Part shown: positions 59,386 to 64,000 of the stretch, one piece after another | Layout: each line of letters starts with the position of its first letter | Numbering within the stretch: the first letter of the stretch is position 1 | Assembly (NCBI GenBank): GCA_015062585.1 | Contig: SUUJ01000002.1 | Span: forward strand, 81,263-145,262 | Reading direction: 5' to 3' | DNA length: 64,000 nucleotides | From: Alphaproteobacteria bacterium | GTDB lineage: Bacteria > Pseudomonadota > Alphaproteobacteria > RF32 > CAG-239 | Notes under the pieces: generated by a model | What the model was told of the DNA's origin: nothing | Database searches by the model: none | The model's input: the letters and a program-made list of their open reading frames with translations, nothing else | Program-made: the position numbers and the translations under genes

Positions 59386-61263
59386 ATGAAACAAAAGAAA
59401 CTTCAAATCCTAGCGTGGATTGGTATTGTTATGGCAATGTTTGCCATTGAAAGTTGCGAAATGCAAAACGCCCCAGACTTAGATTTTAATCAACAGGGGA
59501 TTTATGTCAAGGGAGACGGCAAAGACAGTATTCCTTATGCTGTACATGATACCGTTTTCATCCCAAGTGACAGTACTGTTATAAACTTTATTGACAGTAC
59601 TGTTATAAACTTTATTGACAGTACGGTTATTACTTACATAGACAGTGTTATATACGATACTTTGCCCAGCGGTGAAGTGGACACAATCTACATCTACCGT
59701 AAGCCAAAGATCAACTGTGTTAAATTTTTTGAGGGACAAATATTCCTTCACGACAGCACAGGGCTTGTCTATGCAATGAGTTTCCCATATTCAATGAATA
59801 TTGCGGACACTCTGAGGTTTAAGACAGAAGCTGATACTATCAGTATGCTGACAGGCAATACCTTTATTTTCAAAGACTTAGGCACTTCTAAAGTTGATGT
59901 CCGTTTTTCTAACGAAACAGATATCATCACATCAAGTGTTGATGTTCCTTGGGTTATGGGATTGACCATTAACGGCGATTATGTTGAAACTTGTGTCGAT
60001 TACACCTTAAATGTTTCGATACTGGAAAGAAAGACCGAAAATGGGTACCTGTACCTCAAGGTCAACTACGCAATCACCTTCGAGGATGATTACGGAATTA
60101 CTAGGTCCGCGATTTCTAAAAATCAGGTAATTGTTGCTCCTATCAAGGAGGAAGAAAAACCTGAGCCTGAGAATGTACGCACTAAAGATATCGACTATGT
60201 TATAGATACAGCTCAGACCCACCAAGGTGGTAGATTGACAGCAATCATCAACATTGTCAATTCTTTAGAGACTATTGAAGATTCCACTATTTCTGTAGAA
60301 GCTCCGATAGTTTTATCCATCAAAGCAGGTGACTCAACATCTGTTATCGGCTCAAATTTTGATGTTACTCCAGGTGTTCTAAGATTGGAGGAGTCAAAAT
60401 GTGAGGCTAAAAGTACCACCAAAGACGGTGTTACAATTAGCTGGAATGAATACACGGTAATGTGTCCTCAGGACATTGTTGCTGGTGGAGAGCATTTGAA
60501 TGTCGTACAAACCGTTACTTATACTAACGATTATGTAATCACATTCGAAGACACCACAGTAGCTATTCCTTTAACCTTGGATGTACAACAAATATCCAAG
60601 AGCGATGATGGAGATGTTAAGGCAGAGGGTGGTTATGCAAAGCAAGATGTTAAGTTGACTTATGAGGCCAGCTTGACAGATATGCAAACAATGGTTGAAC
60701 TGACAGACAAAGCTGAGCAAAAGATCAGTATTCTCTTCAAGGCGATTAGCTTTGATGGTCAGGTAGTTGATACTGTTTATCAGACAGCTACTTATCCGGA
60801 CATTAATGAGATTCCGATAATTTGCACTGCTGTGTTGACTCACAGTGAGACAAATCCATCTCAGCACTATGTCCACTACCGCTTTGAAGGTAGCGCAAAC
60901 ACATCTTGGACTTCAGTAACACTGACAGACGCTGAATATGATTATATAATAAATCATAAAGGCGCACCTATGGCTGGCCAATGGGCTCTTACTGTTTGCT
61001 ACCCAAATGGCAAAACAGGAGATGTCGTAGTCGGTTATTTGGACGATCATTGTCCAATAGAGGTTATGTATTATAGCCCCGGATATAACGACTACACGGT
61101 AATGACCAGTCAGAACACAATGTTTGGCGCTCTTAACCGTGCAGTTGTTTGCAGTGGTTCAAGATTGTCAAACGGACTGATAGAGTTAAAAAACCCAACT
61201 GATGTTAAGTTGGGCGAGAAAGTGATATATCCTGCACAAACAAGTGCTATCTACTTTCTCTAA
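59386..61263 (+). CDS. Large lipoprotein with in-frame 24-bp tandem repeats (DSTVINFI x3)
   Basis: Signal peptide MKQKKLQILAWIGIVMAMFAIESC. Tandem DNA repeat GACAGTACTGTTATAAACTTTATT at 59570-59645. Beta-rich composition. Confidence 0.5.
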   Translation: MKQKKLQILAWIGIVMAMFAIESCEMQNAPDLDFNQQGIYVKGDGKDSIPYAVHDTVFIPSDSTVINFIDSTVINFIDSTVITYIDSVIYDTLPSGEVDTIYIYRKPKINCVKFFEGQIFLHDSTGLVYAMSFPYSMNIADTLRFKTEADTISMLTGNTFIFKDLGTSKVDVRFSNETDIITSSVDVPWVMGLTINGDYVETCVDYTLNVSILERKTENGYLYLKVNYAITFEDDYGITRSAISKNQVIVAPIKEEEKPEPENVRTKDIDYVIDTAQTHQGGRLTAIINIVNSLETIEDSTISVEAPIVLSIKAGDSTSVIGSNFDVTPGVLRLEESKCEAKSTTKDGVTISWNEYTVMCPQDIVAGGEHLNVVQTVTYTNDYVITFEDTTVAIPLTLDVQQISKSDDGDVKAEGGYAKQDVKLTYEASLTDMQTMVELTDKAEQKISILFKAISFDGQVVDTVYQTATYPDINEIPIICTAVLTHSETNPSQHYVHYRFEGSANTSWTSVTLTDAEYDYIINHKGAPMAGQWALTVCYPNGKTGDVVVGYLDDHCPIEVMYYSPGYNDYTVMTSQNTMFGALNRAVVCSGSRLSNGLIELKNPTDVKLGEKVIYPAQTSAIYFL

Positions 61264-61330
61264 TATGTAGAACCCGCCGGCATATTTGCAAAGATTTTTT
61301 TGTAAATATGCTAGCATAAATCCTAGAATT

Positions 61331-62440
61331 ATGGCAAAAAAGAAATGGCTGTTATTGATTATCATGATAGCCTCTATAAGCGCACACGCGCAGTACACAG
61401 CATCCCACAATTTTTACGCTGTTACAGAAGCGGAGATGGGGATTGACTCGGTAAAAACCGATCCAAGATATTGGGCGGGATTTAATATATCCAACACACT
61501 TGTATGGCCCAACGGCCTCATGGTTGATCTTGGAGGCGCTTATGCCCTCTCGTCAAAATATGAAGTCAAAGGAACTTTTAATACGGGTATCGGATACAAA
61601 TTTACCGATTGGTTTAACGCTAAAGCTGTTCTAAAAAATGGTTTCGCAACCTCATTAGACAGTATTAGCTTTCATAATACCAAGAACGATGACTGGTATT
61701 ATGAATACCGAAAGAGTCCGTATTATTTAGTTAACTTTAATTTAGAAGCCATCTTCAAAATTAAAGACTTTATTATAGGATTATCAGCTGGTTATAACCA
61801 CTATACTCCTATAGGCAACATAAATAAGACTTTAGGTGAAAATTGGGTGTTGGAAAACTCTTCAATAGCCCCTAAAAACAGCTTAACCTTAGGGTTAAAT
61901 GTTGGATATTCTATCCCCAACACAGTAAAAAAAGACGGAGACAATCCGTTTGAGTTTTTTGCTGAAACTGGTTGGAATAGTCTTTTCGGAGCCAAAGCCG
62001 GAATTGCCACAGGTTATACCTGGCGTATGAACTATTGGCTTATGTTGGAGGCATCAACCGGAATTGATTATTATTGGCAAAGCCAAAGTTTGGCTGCCAA
62101 CATCAAGTTCGGACCAAAATTTGCTCCTTGGGGTTATAATTCAAAAGTTATTTTTGCTCTTTATGGGCAAGTTGCTTTTGGTGAGTACTATGGCTTGAAA
62201 TACAATGTACAAGCTGAAAACCCTGAGCGACTGGATGTAGGAGGTTTGAATAATACTTTGGGTCTCAACCTTATGTTGACACCTGAAGTTTCACTAAACC
62301 TCAACCGTGTTGGTATATTGTTTGGTTGCCGAGGCGGATATTTTTTCCGTTCCGGATTTGACGGTCACAATGTGACGGCAACCGTAAGCGATTACAAAGG
62401 GTGGAACATCGAGCCTTATCTGGCGATAAGGATCAATTAG
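61331..62440 (+). CDS. Putative outer-membrane beta-barrel protein
   Basis: Start at MAKKKWLLLIIMIASISAHAQ (Bacteroidetes-style signal peptide). Alternating amphipathic beta-strand pattern, Gly/Tyr/Asn-rich. Confidence 0.45.
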   Translation: MAKKKWLLLIIMIASISAHAQYTASHNFYAVTEAEMGIDSVKTDPRYWAGFNISNTLVWPNGLMVDLGGAYALSSKYEVKGTFNTGIGYKFTDWFNAKAVLKNGFATSLDSISFHNTKNDDWYYEYRKSPYYLVNFNLEAIFKIKDFIIGLSAGYNHYTPIGNINKTLGENWVLENSSIAPKNSLTLGLNVGYSIPNTVKKDGDNPFEFFAETGWNSLFGAKAGIATGYTWRMNYWLMLEASTGIDYYWQSQSLAANIKFGPKFAPWGYNSKVIFALYGQVAFGEYYGLKYNVQAENPERLDVGGLNNTLGLNLMLTPEVSLNLNRVGILFGCRGGYFFRSGFDGHNVTATVSDYKGWNIEPYLAIRIN

Positions 62441-62461
62441 ACTAGAAATCCCTATTAATTT

Positions 62462-62500
62462 AGAGAGCCGACACCTTGTGTGTCGACTCTCTTTTTTTTT
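62462..62500 (+). terminator. Rho-independent terminator
   Basis: AGAGAGCCGACACCTTGTGTGTCGACTCTCTTTTTTTTTT. Confidence 0.7.
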
Positions 62501-62520
62501 ATATCAAAACAACAACGCCA

Positions 62521-62760
62521 TCACCTGAGAGAATAAATAATGTTATTCCTCGCGCGGCGCTTTGCCGTAAAAACATATGTCATCGCCTGAGTGAGCTTGC
62601 GAACGAGGTTAGCGATCTTCAAATTATTCTTAAAAACAAGGAAGATCCCTGGAATTTTTTGTTGCACAAAAAATAGGGATGACTTTGTTGTTGTTTTATG
62701 TCATGCCTTGAGCGGAACTTTAGTGTAGCGAGACTAGGCATCTTCAAATTAGATTAAATT
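62521..62760. repeat. Cluster of palindromic repeat elements (upstream arm of the array flanking the GIY-YIG gene)
   Basis: 62527-62575: GAATAAATAATGTTATTCCTCGCGCGGCGCTTTGCCG. 62577-62622: ATGTCATCGCCTGAGTGAGCTTGCGAACGAGGTTAGCGATCTTC. 62641-62746: GAAGATCCCT...GGGATGACTTTGTTGTTGTTT...ATGTCATGCCTTGAGCGG...AGACTAGGCATCTTC. Confidence 0.75.
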
Positions 62761-62802
62761 ATTACATTGACTTAATAAATTGATATATATTATATTTTTT
62801 AT

Positions 62803-63096
62803 ATGAAAACAATGTATGTATATATAATGACCAATATAAATAATACCACACTGTATGTTGGTGTTACAAATGATTTGTGTCGTCGAGTATATGAACATAA
62901 AAATGATATATTTAAAGGTTTTACAGCAAAATATTCTCTCCATAAATTAGTTTATTTTGAAACTTTTGAAGATGAATTATCTGCTATTGCTTGTGAAAAA
63001 TATTTAAAAAAATGTTTTAGAAAAACAAAAGAAAAACTAATCAGCAAAAAGAATCCTCAATGGAATGATTTGTCTGATGATTTTAAACTAATCTGA
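62803..63096 (+). CDS. Standalone GIY-YIG nuclease domain protein (COG2827/YhbQ-like)
   Basis: 97 aa: YVYIMTN..LYVGVTNDLCRRVYEHKN. GIY-YIG motifs with conserved Arg and Glu. Confidence 0.8.
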   Translation: MKTMYVYIMTNINNTTLYVGVTNDLCRRVYEHKNDIFKGFTAKYSLHKLVYFETFEDELSAIACEKYLKKCFRKTKEKLISKKNPQWNDLSDDFKLI

Positions 63097-63490
63097 AGAT
63101 CGCTAACCTCGTTCGCAAGCTCACTCAAGCGATGACTTATTTTTTATAAGAAACAACAACAAAGTCATCCCTCGATTGCGTTGAGCAATCGTCTAGGGAT
63201 CTTCAAATTAAATAAAACAAGAACCGCGATTTATGTTTTTTAGCTTTTTTTGACCGGAAACTATCCTTTTATGCACCCAAAGTCAGCCAACGGATGTGAA
63301 GGGCACATCCGGTTGAAAAAAGCGTATAAAAAAACATCTTGAGCGGTGACTTTTGGTTACTTTTGGTCATTCAAAAGTAACATAAGAATAATTTGAAGAT
63401 GCCTAGTCTCGCTACACTAAAGTTCCGCTCAAGGTATGACCTTATTTTTTTCGCCAAAGCGCCGAGCGAGGAATGACATTATTTATTCAC
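63095..63490. repeat. Inverted copies of the same palindromic repeat elements (downstream arm)
   Basis: 63095-63204 is the reverse complement of the 62577-62746 pattern (GAAGATCGCTAACCTCGTTCGCAAGCTCACTCA...AAAGTCATCCCTCG...GGGATCTTC). 63395-63488 is the reverse complement of 62527-62575 plus the 62700-62746 core (GAAGATGCCTAGTCTCGCTACACTAAAGTTCCGCTCAAGGTATGAC...CGCCGAGCGAGGAATGACATTATTTATTC). Additional perfect hairpins at 63290-63315 and 63352-63381. Confidence 0.75.
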
Positions 63491-63618
63491 TTAAGACGAC
63501 GACATTTTTTATCATTGCTTTGGTGGTAGCGACGCGGAAATTTCGGCATACTTATAAAAAAAGCGGAACTTATTTTAATCAAAAGCCCCGCTTTTACTCT
63601 AGGAGTTAGTGCTGTTTA

Positions 63619-64000
63619 TTAAAAAGTAAATCTTATACCGGCATACCATTCATGACCGTTTATTTCACCTTCTTCAATCTTACCCAAGGTATAATAACGA
63701 TAACCGGCATCAATATTCAAACATTTGTTAATTCTCAATGTCAAACCGGCACCGGCCTGCCAAGAAAATTTACTATCTTCACTAGTAAAGGTATTCTGAT
63801 TGTTTCTAATTTTAAATTCTATCTCGCTATAACCGATACCACCGTTGATATAAGGGCTTATCCAATAGTTTGGCATAAAGTCAATATAGCCGTTCAACAT
63901 CAATGACTGAGCCTCAACATAAGTCGAGTTTGCCCAATTTCCGACACTATTGTAGCTTTCTTCTTCAGCGTTATCTCTAACAACATATTCTATTTCACCG
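63619..64000 (-). CDS. Outer-membrane beta-barrel protein (OmpA/OmpW-like porin family), C-terminal part; gene continues past window end
   Basis: Ends ...GHEWYAGIRFTF with the proteobacterial C-terminal Phe signature. The minus-strand reading frame stays open to position 64000. Confidence 0.55.
   Translation of the reverse strand, partial: GEIEYVVRDNAEEESYNSVGNWANSTYVEAQSLMLNGYIDFMPNYWISPYINGGIGYSEIEFKIRNNQNTFTSEDSKFSWQAGAGLTLRINKCLNIDAGYRYYTLGKIEEGEINGHEWYAGIRFTF

Noticed and set aside
59570-59645. Tandem direct repeats that could suggest a CRISPR array or minisatellite.
   Set aside because: Only three 24-bp units with no spacers. They are in-frame within a lipoprotein ORF and encode DSTVINFI repeats. 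Same reasoning for the 39-bp x3 repeat at about 45400-45520 inside the giant ORF.

Overview
AT-rich chromosomal segment that looks alphaproteobacterial. Gene content and order suggest a host-associated or endosymbiotic Rickettsiales/Holosporales-like lineage, but this is an inference from the sequence, not a database hit. The supporting signs are rpmH-rnpA-yidD-yidC-engB, ELM1-family protein, ihfB-lapA, cmk-rpsA, and Rickettsia-palindromic-element-like repeats. Most of the window is housekeeping: recF(partial)-dnaN-dnaA, rpsT, fpg, tsaB, accD, accA, rmuC, dnaK, two J-proteins plus dnaJ, cmk, rpsA, murI, rpmH-rnpA-yidD-yidC-engB, and two tRNAs (Arg-ACG, Val-GAC). No transposase, integrase, CRISPR array or rRNA was found. 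Accessory or unusual content: (1) a ~1500-aa repeat-containing protein with a Gly/Ala-rich hydrophobic core, preceded by operator-like palindromes and followed by a terminator and tRNA-Arg; (2) a cluster of TPR / transmembrane / coiled-coil proteins between a Lon-like AAA protease and dnaJ; (3) a CsoR/RcnR-type repressor, a CDF efflux pump and a 41-aa Cys-rich metallothionein-like ORF; (4) a family of ~100-bp palindromic repeats in two intergenic repeat deserts, one bracketing a standalone GIY-YIG nuclease gene; (5) a lipoprotein plus outer-membrane-protein pair with Bacteroidetes-like signal peptides and in-frame 24-bp tandem repeats; (6) an overlapping LTA-synthase-family and patatin-like phospholipase pair; (7) an orphan Hpt - NarL-type regulator - methyltransferase operon. 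dnaK and dnaJ lie on opposite strands about 19 kb apart, which suggests an inversion. I cannot name a known defence or secretion system here. The candidates above are what most merits follow-up.
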